Below, piece by piece: positions 27,892-36,206 of a DNA stretch of 64,000 nt. The notes beneath the pieces were generated by a model, which saw only the letters and a list, made by a program, of their open reading frames with translations, did no database searches and had not been told where the DNA came from. Both the position numbers and the translations under genes were made by a program. Source of the DNA: Candidatus Parcubacteria bacterium (GTDB lineage: Bacteria > Patescibacteriota > Minisyncoccia > Sungbacterales > SURF-37); the NCBI GenBank assembly GCA_003599755.1, contig QZJO01000011.1, positions 2,424 through 66,423 on the forward strand. The letters run 5' to 3'. The number at the start of each line of letters is the position of its first letter. Position 1 is the first letter of the stretch.

Positions 27892-30087
27892 CTACGCCTC
27901 GACGGTCGGTTCTTCGGCCGGCTCCCCTGCTCCTTCGGCTTTGACGAGTACTTCGCGGGGCTTGGCGCCGTCGCCCGGGCCGATAACGCCCCGCTCTTCG
28001 AGAATATCGAGGAGCCGCGCGGCGCGCGCATAGCCGATTTTCAGGCGGCGCTGCAAATATGACGCCGAGGCCTTGCCGGCGCGCACCACCGTGTCGCGCG
28101 CTTCTTCGTAGAGCGGATCGTCGTCGCCGTCCTCGGTGTCATCGCCGCCGAGCGCATCGGCAATCGTGCCCGCGCCGGGCTTGGGTTCGAACATTTCGGT
28201 CTCGGCGGTCTGATCCGGAATAAGATCCACCTGGTCGCGGATGAATTTGACCACGCTTTGGATTTCCTTGTCCGATACGAATCCGCCCTGGATGCGCTTG
28301 GGCTTGGCCGTGTCGCCGGCAAGGAAGAGCATGTCGCCGTTGCCCAACAGTTTTTCGGCGCCGCTGCCGTCCAAGATGGTACGCGAGTCGATCTGCGAGG
28401 CGACCTGGAACGCGACGCGCGAGGTGATGTTGGCCTTGATGAGGCCGGTGATGACTTCGACCGACGGCCGCTGGGTCGCGACGATCAGGTGAATGCCGAC
28501 CGCGCGGGCCATCTGGGCGATGCGCACGATCGAGCCCTCGACTTCGCGCGGAAAGCTCATCATGAGGTCGGCCAATTCGTCGATCACGATCACGAGCCAT
28601 GGCATCGGCTCGGGCTTATCCTCGCCTCTCGTTTTTTTCATGATGCTCTCGTTGTAGGACGCGATGTCGCGCACGCCCGCGGCCGAGAGCACCTGGTAGC
28701 GTTTCTCCATTTCCTTCACCGCCCAGCGCAGCGCCTGGATCATCTTTTTCGAATCGGTGATGGGCGGCGTGAGCAAATGCGGGATGCCTTCGTAGACGGA
28801 AAGTTCCACGCGCTTGGGGTCGAGCATGATGAGTTTGAGCATCTCGGGCGGGTTGCGGTAGAGGAACGATGTGACGATGGCATGGATCCCGACGCTTTTG
28901 CCCGATCCGGTCGCGCCCGCGATCATCATGTGCGGCATTTTCGCGAGGTTGGCGTAGACCGGCGCGCCGGCCACGTCGCGGCCGAGCGCAAAGAGAAGCG
29001 GCGCGGACGATTCCTGGAACACGTCGTGCTCGAACAAACTCCGCAGGCCGACCAGGGCAATGGAGCGGTTCGGCACTTCGATACCGACTAGGGATTTGCC
29101 CGGGATCGGCGCTTCGATCCGGATCGGATGCGCGGCAAGAGCCAAGGCAAGATCGTTTTGCAGGCCGACGATGCGCGCAAGCTTCACGCCTTCGGCCGGC
29201 TTCAATGTATATTGCGTGACGGTCGGGCCGATGGAGATGTCTCCCATTTCGACGTCCACGCCGAAGTTCAGAAGCGTACGCTTGATGATGTTGGCATTGG
29301 CGCGCACATCGCCCGAGGAAGGCGTGCCGCGATCGTCATCCAGAAGATCGAGCGGCGGGAAGCGGTACGCCGAGCGCAGGCGCCGTTTGGCGATGGAAAA
29401 TTCTTCGTCGTCGCCCTTGCGGTCCCCGGGACCGACCGTAACCTTGGAGCCCGACGCGGCCGGAGCGGCGGGTTTGACGGCGACTTTGTCGGCAAGGCCG
29501 GTCACGGCGCTTGCCGCCATGGCAACCGCGCCGGCCGATTCGGGTGCGCCGGTGACAACGGTTTCTTCATCCAGCTTACGGATGCGCCAGATCGGAATGT
29601 TGGCGGCGATGAGAATCGCGACCGCAAAGAGCGCGATCTCGATGACGAGCGCGCCCCAGAACGCGAACGCTTGTTCAAGCGGCCAGTTGGCCGCGTAGCC
29701 GATCCACCCGCCCGTGCGATCCTCGAAAAAGAGTTCGATGAGCGCCAGGCCGGTAATGAGAAACAAGCCCGCCCCGACAAATGAGCCGGCGAGACGCGGC
29801 CGATGGAAACTGCGCACGAGGGATCCGGCGGCGACCAAGAGCGTCAGCGGCGCCAGGAAGTATACGTTGCCGACCGCGAGCGATATGCCGGCGGCGATAT
29901 AGCTGCCGAGCATTCCGGCGAGATTCCAGTATGCAAGCAGCGTGAGAATGGCGAGCGCCGCGCAGAGGATCGCCAGGGCGCTTCGCTTCGTTTCCGGAGC
30001 TAGATGGTCGTGCCAGCGGATACGGGGCGCGTCGTCGTCTAGGTCGTCTTCGTCGCGGCGGCGGCGCTTATGGTCTTTTTTCGCCAT
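27892..30087 (-). CDS. ftsK: DNA translocase FtsK/SpoIIIE
   Basis: N-terminal TMs, GPTVTQY, IRIEAPIPGK, AGATGSGKS, IDELADLM, ATQRPS, gamma domain ASYLQRRLKIGYARA. Confidence 0.97.
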   Translation of the reverse strand: MAKKDHKRRRRDEDDLDDDAPRIRWHDHLAPETKRSALAILCAALAILTLLAYWNLAGMLGSYIAAGISLAVGNVYFLAPLTLLVAAGSLVRSFHRPRLAGSFVGAGLFLITGLALIELFFEDRTGGWIGYAANWPLEQAFAFWGALVIEIALFAVAILIAANIPIWRIRKLDEETVVTGAPESAGAVAMAASAVTGLADKVAVKPAAPAASGSKVTVGPGDRKGDDEEFSIAKRRLRSAYRFPPLDLLDDDRGTPSSGDVRANANIIKRTLLNFGVDVEMGDISIGPTVTQYTLKPAEGVKLARIVGLQNDLALALAAHPIRIEAPIPGKSLVGIEVPNRSIALVGLRSLFEHDVFQESSAPLLFALGRDVAGAPVYANLAKMPHMMIAGATGSGKSVGIHAIVTSFLYRNPPEMLKLIMLDPKRVELSVYEGIPHLLTPPITDSKKMIQALRWAVKEMEKRYQVLSAAGVRDIASYNESIMKKTRGEDKPEPMPWLVIVIDELADLMMSFPREVEGSIVRIAQMARAVGIHLIVATQRPSVEVITGLIKANITSRVAFQVASQIDSRTILDGSGAEKLLGNGDMLFLAGDTAKPKRIQGGFVSDKEIQSVVKFIRDQVDLIPDQTAETEMFEPKPGAGTIADALGGDDTEDGDDDPLYEEARDTVVRAGKASASYLQRRLKIGYARAARLLDILEERGVIGPGDGAKPREVLVKAEGAGEPAEEPTVEA

Positions 30088-30094
30088 GAAAACA

Positions 30095-30201
30095 GTATAC
30101 CCTGCACTATGCGATGCAACCAAAGTTGATTTTTCCGATGAGTATCGATGGCAGTTAGACGACTATCCTAGGAACCCGGCGGACCATAGTGCAGGGTATA
30201 C
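30095..30201. repeat. Perfect 17-bp inverted repeat flanking 73 bp at ftsK promoter
   Basis: GTATACCCTGCACTATG (30095-30111) and CATAGTGCAGGGTATAC (30185-30201). Confidence 0.85.
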
Positions 30202-30210
30202 CCGGATGCC

Positions 30211-30250
30211 AAAAACTGAGAGCCGGCCCGCGGGGGCGACCGCGGGCCGG
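30211..30250 (-). terminator. Intrinsic terminator
   Basis: CCGGCCCGCGG/CCGCGGGCCGG stem, T-run on minus strand. Confidence 0.65.
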
Positions 30251-30264
30251 GCGATGAGGTGGGC

Positions 30265-30567
30265 TTATCGACAGCGGGACGGCCGAACCGCCGACTGCGG
30301 GGTGCTGCGCGGCACGACATGAGGCGGCACGCTGTTGGGATGCCGCTTCGGTCTGGCCCGCGGGCGCCAGAGGTCGTTGTGCTTGCAGATGCGGCGGAGC
30401 GTACCGGAGCTGCACTCCAGCCGCTGAGCCGCCTCTTCGGTGCTCCGGGAATCCCGGAGTACCCGGCGGATCAACTGCAGCTGCCAGGGCTCGAAGCGGT
30501 ACGGTTCGCTTCCCTTTGGATCGAGCTTTTCGTCGTGATCGAGCTGCCACCAGGGGTCCAGAGCCAT
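30265..30567 (-). CDS. Small Fis-like helix-turn-helix protein
   Basis: LIRRVLRDSRSTEEAAQRLECSSGTLRRIC; SD GAGGTG; promoter TTGACC-17-TAGGGT at 30604-30632. Confidence 0.6.
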   Translation of the reverse strand: MALDPWWQLDHDEKLDPKGSEPYRFEPWQLQLIRRVLRDSRSTEEAAQRLECSSGTLRRICKHNDLWRPRARPKRHPNSVPPHVVPRSTPQSAVRPSRCR

Positions 30568-30648
30568 TCGCCACCTCAGGTACGGAGTGTGCTGCCGTCC
30601 CCTACCCTAGGAAAAAGACAGGAAAGGGTCAACCACCGACAGATAAAG

Positions 30649-30783
30649 AAATTCCAAATTCCAGTATCCAAATTCCAAACAAAAGATCGATGCTCGAATG
30701 ATCAAATAATCAAAAACGAGTTTCGGTTATTGAAATTTTATTGGTATTTGTTTGGTGCTTGGGATTTGATGCTTGGTACTTCC
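30649..30783. repeat. Heptamer-periodic imperfect inverted repeat element
   Basis: AAATTCC AAATTCC AGTATCC AAATTCC ... TGCTTGG GATTTGA TGCTTGG; AT-rich island. Confidence 0.7.
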
Positions 30784-31257
30784 CTACTTGCATCCTTCTC
30801 CGTATGTGATCGCGATCTCGTGATCGGGATTGTCATGGTCGTGGAGCGTCACGCCGTCCAGCCCCGGATAGCGAATGTCGAAGATCTCGGCTTCGCCCGG
30901 GGCGATATCCGGATACTGCGAGCCCGGGTCTTCGCCGTCTTCGTTGTGCGGCCCGACGCGGATCGTGATGGGCTTGGACGTGGCGTTTTGGATCGAGATG
31001 AGACAGCCGAGCGAATCGGTGATCTTGACGGTAAGTTCGGTCGGATGGAAACCCGCGGTATCGTAGCGGATCGGGCGGGAATCCGACGGGATAATGGAAA
31101 CCTCGCTTTCGTCGAGATCGCGCGGCGCCTCGCCGCCGTCGGAAATCATACGCACGGCCAGCCACGCGCCGAATATGAGTACAACGGCGAATCCGGCTGC
31201 AATGGCGAGGATACGGTACCAACGATTCTGGCTCGCGGGTTGTTGGTCTGGAGGCAT
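30784..31257 (-). CDS. Membrane-anchored cupredoxin-like fold protein
   Basis: TM, GFHPTELTV, N.T, IAPGE, HDH. Confidence 0.55.
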   Translation of the reverse strand: MPPDQQPASQNRWYRILAIAAGFAVVLIFGAWLAVRMISDGGEAPRDLDESEVSIIPSDSRPIRYDTAGFHPTELTVKITDSLGCLISIQNATSKPITIRVGPHNEDGEDPGSQYPDIAPGEAEIFDIRYPGLDGVTLHDHDNPDHEIAITYGEGCK

Positions 31258-31264
31258 AGAACGA

Positions 31265-31351
31265 GTGTTTAGTGATTAGTGATGAGTGACGAGTGGCGGT
31301 CAGATCATCGTGATCGTGCGCTCACGGCTGACGACTATTCACTGATCAACT
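31265..31351. repeat. Heptamer-periodic imperfect inverted repeat
   Basis: AGTGTTT AGTGATT AGTGATG AGTGACG AGTGGCG ... CTCACGG CTGACGA CTATTCA CTGATCA. Confidence 0.6.
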
Positions 31352-32173
31352 CCGTATTGCGATGCGGCCGCCGCGCCGATGGATCAGGCCTTCGGCGAGC
31401 AGGGCGGCGAGCGTTGCATCAAATACTCTGGCTGAAATTTTCCTTCCCTGCAAGAGCGTTTGTACGCGCGCGCGAATCGCTGGTGCCGAACCGCCGCCAT
31501 CCAGCAGCGCCTGCACGATCTTGCCGCGAAGCTCTCTTCGTGATCCGGCGAATTTCGCCTGAATCGCGTAGACGCGGGCGCGGCGGTTGGGATTCGGCAC
31601 GCCGGCAAGCGCGGCCGAGCCGTAATCCATGAGCGCCCAGTACCATTTGCGAAAATCTTTTTTCGGCAGCGTGCGCGCTACCCAGGCCGCGACTGCGCTA
31701 TCCGGGACGTCGGTTTTGCCGGGAAAGAAATGATGGAGGTACGTGCGGCGGATATTGGTTTCAATAAATACAGCCGGGCGGTCGAACGCGAACGCCAGGA
31801 TGGAGCCGGCGGTGTTCCTGCCAATGCCCGGCAGAGCTTGTAAGCGCTCGATATCAGCGGGTACGCGGCCGCCGTGTTCGGCTTCGATGATGCGGGCCGC
31901 GCGCTGGAGATATGCGGCGCGGCGGTTGTAGCCCATGCCGCGCCAGGCAGCGAGTACTTCTCTGAGCGGTGCCGTGGCCAGGGCGCGGGGCGTAGGAAAT
32001 CGGCGGATGAATTGCGGCCAGATGTCCGCCACGCGCGAAACTTGGGTTTGTTGGAGCATGACTTCAGATACGAAGATATGCCACGGCTCATCGGTATGCC
32101 GCCACGTCAAATCGTGCCGGCCGTTTTTGCGGTACCAAGTCCATATGAAATTCCGGAACTGAGCGGGCGTCAT
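31346..32173 (-). CDS. mutY: A/G-specific adenine glycosylase, short form without Fe-S motif
   Basis: VSEVMLQQTQV, WRGMGYNRRA, LPGIGRNTA, ETNIRR, ALMDYG. Confidence 0.92.
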   Translation of the reverse strand: MTPAQFRNFIWTWYRKNGRHDLTWRHTDEPWHIFVSEVMLQQTQVSRVADIWPQFIRRFPTPRALATAPLREVLAAWRGMGYNRRAAYLQRAARIIEAEHGGRVPADIERLQALPGIGRNTAGSILAFAFDRPAVFIETNIRRTYLHHFFPGKTDVPDSAVAAWVARTLPKKDFRKWYWALMDYGSAALAGVPNPNRRARVYAIQAKFAGSRRELRGKIVQALLDGGGSAPAIRARVQTLLQGRKISARVFDATLAALLAEGLIHRRGGRIAIRS

Positions 32174-32192
32174 GGTTGTGGGGTGTGGAGAT

Positions 32193-32300
32193 CCCAGCCC
32201 CATCGACGAACGGCGTTCGGGCTGACAGCGACATCATGCCAGGAATCCGTTCCGCGGAGAAATGCATGTCCAACCATCGGATACCGCCAATGGGGCTGGA
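32193..32300 (-). ncRNA. Candidate structured RNA (long hairpin of about 108 nt)
   Basis: CCAGCCCCAUUGGCGG pairs with UCGUCGAUGGGGCUGG, inner stems GGUUGG/UCAGCC and GACAU/AUGUC; G-U pairs work only on minus strand. Confidence 0.45.
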
Positions 32301-32361
32301 TTTGCGATTCGTTTCTGCGTAAACTCGCTGCGGTTCATTCTTGCAGGCAAATCGAGAAGGT

Positions 32362-32387
32362 TCGAGCCCGCGCGCGGGCGGGCTCGA
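32362..32387 (-). terminator. Hairpin terminator
   Basis: TCGAGCCCGC/GCGGGCTCGA stem after PII-like ORF. Confidence 0.6.
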
Positions 32388-32403
32388 GATACTACGAAAT
32401 TGG

Positions 32404-32748
32404 TCAGGAGGTACGGACGCGGCTCGTCCGCCGCGGCCGAATCGCAAGGGTCGTCACGGTAGCGGGATACTGCGTGATCCAAGCGGCAGACGGCACGCCC
32501 TCGTTCGCGAAGACATCTATGAGGGCCTTGTGCAGGAAGTCGGCGTTGACTTCCCGGACGGCGCCGAGGAGCACGGTCTTGCCGGGGCGCATCGGCCGGT
32601 CTCCCTTGCCGGGAAGCAGCTCATGCCCTTGGCCGAAGAGCGTCATGATATTCGTGGCGCCATGGCGCTCCATGGCGCTGATCAGGGTCTCGAGCAGGCC
32701 TGGCTGGCCTTCGAACACCACCCGCGTTTCGATGACTGCGCTTGGCAT
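32404..32748 (-). CDS. Orphan protein, possibly PII/GlnB-like fold
   Basis: SD AAGGAG; MPSAVIETRVVF..LLETLISAMERHGATNIMTLFGQG beta-alpha-beta pattern. Confidence 0.55.
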   Translation of the reverse strand: MPSAVIETRVVFEGQPGLLETLISAMERHGATNIMTLFGQGHELLPGKGDRPMRPGKTVLLGAVREVNADFLHKALIDVFANEGVPSAAWITQYPATVTTLAIRPRRTSRVRTS

Positions 32749-32780
32749 ACGGCTCCTTTGCGAGATGGCAAAAAGTTGAT

Positions 32781-32809
32781 GCCCGTCCCGACACGATGTC
32801 GGGACGGGC
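32781..32809 (-). terminator. Intrinsic terminator
   Basis: GCCCGTCCCGACA/TGTCGGGACGGGC 13-bp stem, T-run downstream on minus strand. Confidence 0.7.
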
Positions 32810-32825
32810 GGGGCGGGAACGGCGG

Positions 32826-33170
32826 CTAGGCGATGGTCGCCGCGGCGCGGCGCTCGCGGTCCGAGCGGATGATGTCGGCCCTTCGGAACTGCTGTTCGAG
32901 CGCCTTCTTCTTCCGGCGAAAGGCGGCGACGACCTCGGGGTTCATTCGGAGACCCATCCAGGAATCCATGTGGCCGACGACGCGGCACTCGGCCGGCCTC
33001 CAGGTGTCCATCTGGCCGATGCGGTTCCGGTCGCGCGGATCCCGGGCGTCGAGGACGAAGACCTTCAGCGGGCCCTGGCGTTGCACCTGCTCGACGAGCG
33101 CGGTGACGCCGCCTCGTTCGATGATGATGCCCGGTCGGTATGCCGTACCGTTCCCTGCGTTTTCGTGCAT
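32826..33170 (-). CDS. Orphan hypothetical protein
   Basis: SD AGGAGG; promoter TTGATT-16-TATACA with TG extension (33208-33235). Confidence 0.65.
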   Translation of the reverse strand: MHENAGNGTAYRPGIIIERGGVTALVEQVQRQGPLKVFVLDARDPRDRNRIGQMDTWRPAECRVVGHMDSWMGLRMNPEVVAAFRRKKKALEQQFRRADIIRSDRERRAAATIA

Positions 33171-33306
33171 GCAGTCCTCCTGGGTTGGGGGTGTGCTGCT
33201 GGGCTTGTGTATACCACACTCCCGCATAAAATCAATGGCGCGGTTGCGCCGGCTGAGGATAGTTCGCTACACTGAATACGCCGTATCAATTGTAACCTTC
33301 TTTCTC

Positions 33307-33894
33307 ATGTTCAGAGTCGATCAACCGTTTCCCGATTTCTCGCTCGAGGTCTATCGGCCCGAGACCAAAGACGAAGGCACCATCACGAAGCAGGATCTGG
33401 CCGGCAAATGGGTGGTACTCTTCTGGTATCCGGCCGATTTTACGTACGTCTGCCCGACCGAATTGGCGGACATGCAGCGGCGGTACGACGAATTCAAAAA
33501 GCTCGGCGCCGAGATCGTCGGCGCGTCAACGGATACCACGGTCACGCACAAAGCGTGGGTAGAAACCGAAGAGCTGCTTGCCGATCTTCGCTATCCTCTT
33601 GCCGCGGACCACAATGGCGCGCTCTCGCGCGCGCTGGAGATCTACGATGAATCCAATGGCCGGGCGCAACGCGCCGCGTTCATTATTGACCCTGACGGGG
33701 TGCTTCGCGCCGTGGACATTGTCGCCGATGCGATCGGCCGGAGTGCCGGCGAACTCCTGCGCAAGACCAAGGCCCTGAAATTCGTGCGCGAGAATCCAGG
33801 TAAGGTCTGCCCGGCCTCGTGGGACGAGGGTGCGCCCACGCTTTCGCCGTCGCTCGGAATATCGGGCAAGGTGGCCAAGGCCCTCGGTCAATAA
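33307..33894 (+). CDS. ahpC: 2-Cys peroxiredoxin
   Basis: YPADFTYVCPTE, RAAFIIDPDG, VCPASW. Confidence 0.94.
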   Translation: MFRVDQPFPDFSLEVYRPETKDEGTITKQDLAGKWVVLFWYPADFTYVCPTELADMQRRYDEFKKLGAEIVGASTDTTVTHKAWVETEELLADLRYPLAADHNGALSRALEIYDESNGRAQRAAFIIDPDGVLRAVDIVADAIGRSAGELLRKTKALKFVRENPGKVCPASWDEGAPTLSPSLGISGKVAKALGQ

Positions 33895-34103
33895 TAGTCG
33901 GTTCAAAAATCGCGTCCTGCTCCACTGGGGATGTGATTTTGGCATCGAATCGCGCGCGCTTCCCCACTGGGGAGGTGTGCAGAACTGCCATAGCTCCGTG
34001 AGAAGACGGTGCTATACTGAAATTGCTTGGTTTTATCAACCCCGCCAGCGTTTGACGCGGCGCGGGAAAAAGGTCGGGATTCTCAATCCGTACGCCAACT
34101 TCT

Positions 34104-34517
34104 GTGAACCCAAAGCAATTTCTCTTGATCGGCGGCATAATACTCGTCGCCCTCGGCGTGCTCGGCATGGTAGGCGTGCTCGGTCCCACGCAGGACGAGA
34201 GCGTGCTTGTCGACATGGGCCTCGACTGGTGGTTCGATGATGCCGAAAACTGGGCGCACTTGGTCCTCGGCGTTATTGCCCTGGCCGCGGCATTCGTCGT
34301 GCCTGCCGGCATGCAGCGCTGGCTCGTGCTGGCCGTCGGCGTGCTCGGCATACTCGTCGGGCTCTACAGCGTCTTAAACGATACGGTCCTCTGGGGCGCG
34401 AACCTCCAGAACCCGGAAGACACGCTGTTGCACCTCGTCGTCGGCGCATGGGCACTGGCTGCCTCGTGGAAAAAATCCGAGGCCGCAGCCCCGATGTCGC
34501 CTACGATGCCGATGTAG
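34104..34517 (+). CDS. Membrane protein, DUF4383-like
   Basis: ENWAHLVLG and DTLLHLVVG His-bearing TM helices. Confidence 0.7.
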   Translation: MNPKQFLLIGGIILVALGVLGMVGVLGPTQDESVLVDMGLDWWFDDAENWAHLVLGVIALAAAFVVPAGMQRWLVLAVGVLGILVGLYSVLNDTVLWGANLQNPEDTLLHLVVGAWALAASWKKSEAAAPMSPTMPM

Positions 34518-34545
34518 CGCGAACGTACGAACGCGTCGTTGCGCC

Positions 34546-34580
34546 GCGGGAGCCCCTGAATGAGGGCTCCCGCGTTTCAA
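34546..34580 (+). terminator. Intrinsic terminator
   Basis: CGCGGGAGCCC/GGGCTCCCGCG stem plus TTT. Confidence 0.65.
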
Positions 34581-34752
34581 TTTCAACGGTGGCGGATTTC
34601 GGCCCGCCTTTGGTATCATGGCGGCATGCCCGGTAGTACAACTTCGAAGGCCTTTGCCGCCTGCTATTCGAGCAACGGGATTTCTAAGAATCATCCATGC
34701 TGGTACGCGCCATCGGTTTTGCGCCATTAATTTTGAAGTCGTCCTACCGGGT

Positions 34753-35190
34753 ATGATCAGACTCGTCGTTTGGCTGCTGATTCTGGGTGCCATCGGGTAC
34801 GGCGCGGCGCGCTTTATCCCGGATGACACCCGCCGTGCGGCGCTTGCGAGTATCGGCCTGGATACGTTTTTCGAGACCACCGCGCCGAATTTCATCCGCG
34901 AGAAGTTGGCCATTGGCCGCGATCCGGCGGCAGAGCGCAAAGCGCGCATTGACGAGCTCGGACTGCATCTGGGGGACGTGCGCCAGAACCTCGATTCGAT
35001 CGCTTCGGCCAAGACGCCCGACGAGATCGCGCGCCACGTCGCCGAGGCGCGCGAAGAGCTTGCCAAGGCCGAGTCGCTCGCGACCGAGGCGGGTGCGCTA
35101 TCGTCCGACACGGGACTCGTGAAAAGAACCACCGCGCGCCTGATCGATAGCGTTTTGCCCGCACCGGCCGCGGCTTGTCCTGCCGAATAA
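34753..35190 (+). CDS. Single-TM helical protein
   Basis: MIRLVVWLLILG TM then coiled-coil-like helices. Confidence 0.6.
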   Translation: MIRLVVWLLILGAIGYGAARFIPDDTRRAALASIGLDTFFETTAPNFIREKLAIGRDPAAERKARIDELGLHLGDVRQNLDSIASAKTPDEIARHVAEAREELAKAESLATEAGALSSDTGLVKRTTARLIDSVLPAPAAACPAE

Positions 35191-35196
35191 CGCAGC

Positions 35197-36144
35197 ATGA
35201 GCGCGCCGGCTATGCAAAAGATGCGCCTGATCCAGCGGCCGCCCGAATCGGTTCCTCACCGCCTCGGCCGCCTGCGCGCATTTAGTATTTTTCTCCTGAT
35301 CGTCGTTCCGGTCTTCGCGTGGCTCCTCTGGGTAAGTTTCGGAGCGTTTCGCGATTTGGCTTCCCCTACCTATCGGCCGTCGGGCGTGGTGCCCGGACAA
35401 TATCATTTGGCGTTTGAAGCGGTTTCGATTCCGGCTGCGGACGGCGCGGTGCTGGCGGGCTGGCTCATACCGGCTGCGAACCCGGCGGCGCGCGAAGCCG
35501 TGGTGCTTGTCGCGCCCGAAGGAACGGACAAGGGCTCGCTCATGCCGATCGCGGCGCGCCTCCATGACCGCTTCCATGTGCTCGCCATGGATATTCGCGC
35601 GTCAGGCGAAAGCGGCGGGCGGTGGAGTACGCTCGGTCTTGCCGAGGCCGGCGACGTGGAGCGGGCGGCCGCATTTTTGCGCGAAAACGGCGCCGAGCGC
35701 GTCGGCGTATTCGGTTCATCCGTCGGCGCGGCCGCGGCGGTGCTTGCCGCAGCGGCTGACCCCGGCATAATGGCGATCGCGCTCTGGGCGCCGTATACCG
35801 ACGTGCCGTCGCTTGCGCGCGGATACTACGGCGGCATCGCGCCGCTTGCGGCATTACGCGAGCAGTCGCTCTTCGGCTGGGGTCGGCTTTTGTTAGGCGG
35901 GAATCTGGACACCGTCTCGCCGGTAACCGCGGCGCGCGGCGTGACACAGCCGGTCTTTTTGATCCACAGCCGGGCCGATGCCTTCGTGCCGTTCGAGCAC
36001 GCCCGGCGTTTTCAACAGGCATTCGCCGATCACGCGTTCGCGGAATTTTACTTCACCGATCGGGGCGGCCACGGAGAATATCCGACAGATCTCGCAGACC
36101 GGCTATTGGATTTCTTTTCCCGTGCGCTCGCCACGGCGCGCTGA
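35197..36144 (+). CDS. Membrane-anchored alpha/beta hydrolase
   Basis: DIRASGES, GSSVG nucleophile, IHSRAD, GGH. Confidence 0.85.
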   Translation: MSAPAMQKMRLIQRPPESVPHRLGRLRAFSIFLLIVVPVFAWLLWVSFGAFRDLASPTYRPSGVVPGQYHLAFEAVSIPAADGAVLAGWLIPAANPAAREAVVLVAPEGTDKGSLMPIAARLHDRFHVLAMDIRASGESGGRWSTLGLAEAGDVERAAAFLRENGAERVGVFGSSVGAAAAVLAAAADPGIMAIALWAPYTDVPSLARGYYGGIAPLAALREQSLFGWGRLLLGGNLDTVSPVTAARGVTQPVFLIHSRADAFVPFEHARRFQQAFADHAFAEFYFTDRGGHGEYPTDLADRLLDFFSRALATAR

Positions 36145-36156
36145 GCTCGGAGAACC

Positions 36157-36188
36157 AAAACCGCCCCGATGTTCATCGGGACGGTTTT
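36157..36188. terminator. Bidirectional terminator (AACCGCCCC family)
   Basis: AAAACCGCCCCGAT-GTTC-ATCGGGACGGTTTT between convergent genes. Confidence 0.75.
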
Positions 36189-36206
36189 GGCTTCAGCGGC
36201 GGCGGT

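Noticed and set aside
30112-30184. dif site beside ftsK
   Set aside because: The spacer has no XerC/XerD-like arms (no TTATGTTAAA-type half site).
22636-31351. Possible CRISPR arrays in the short-repeat regions
   Set aside because: Units are degenerate 7-mers without unique 30-40 bp spacers, and no cas genes are present.
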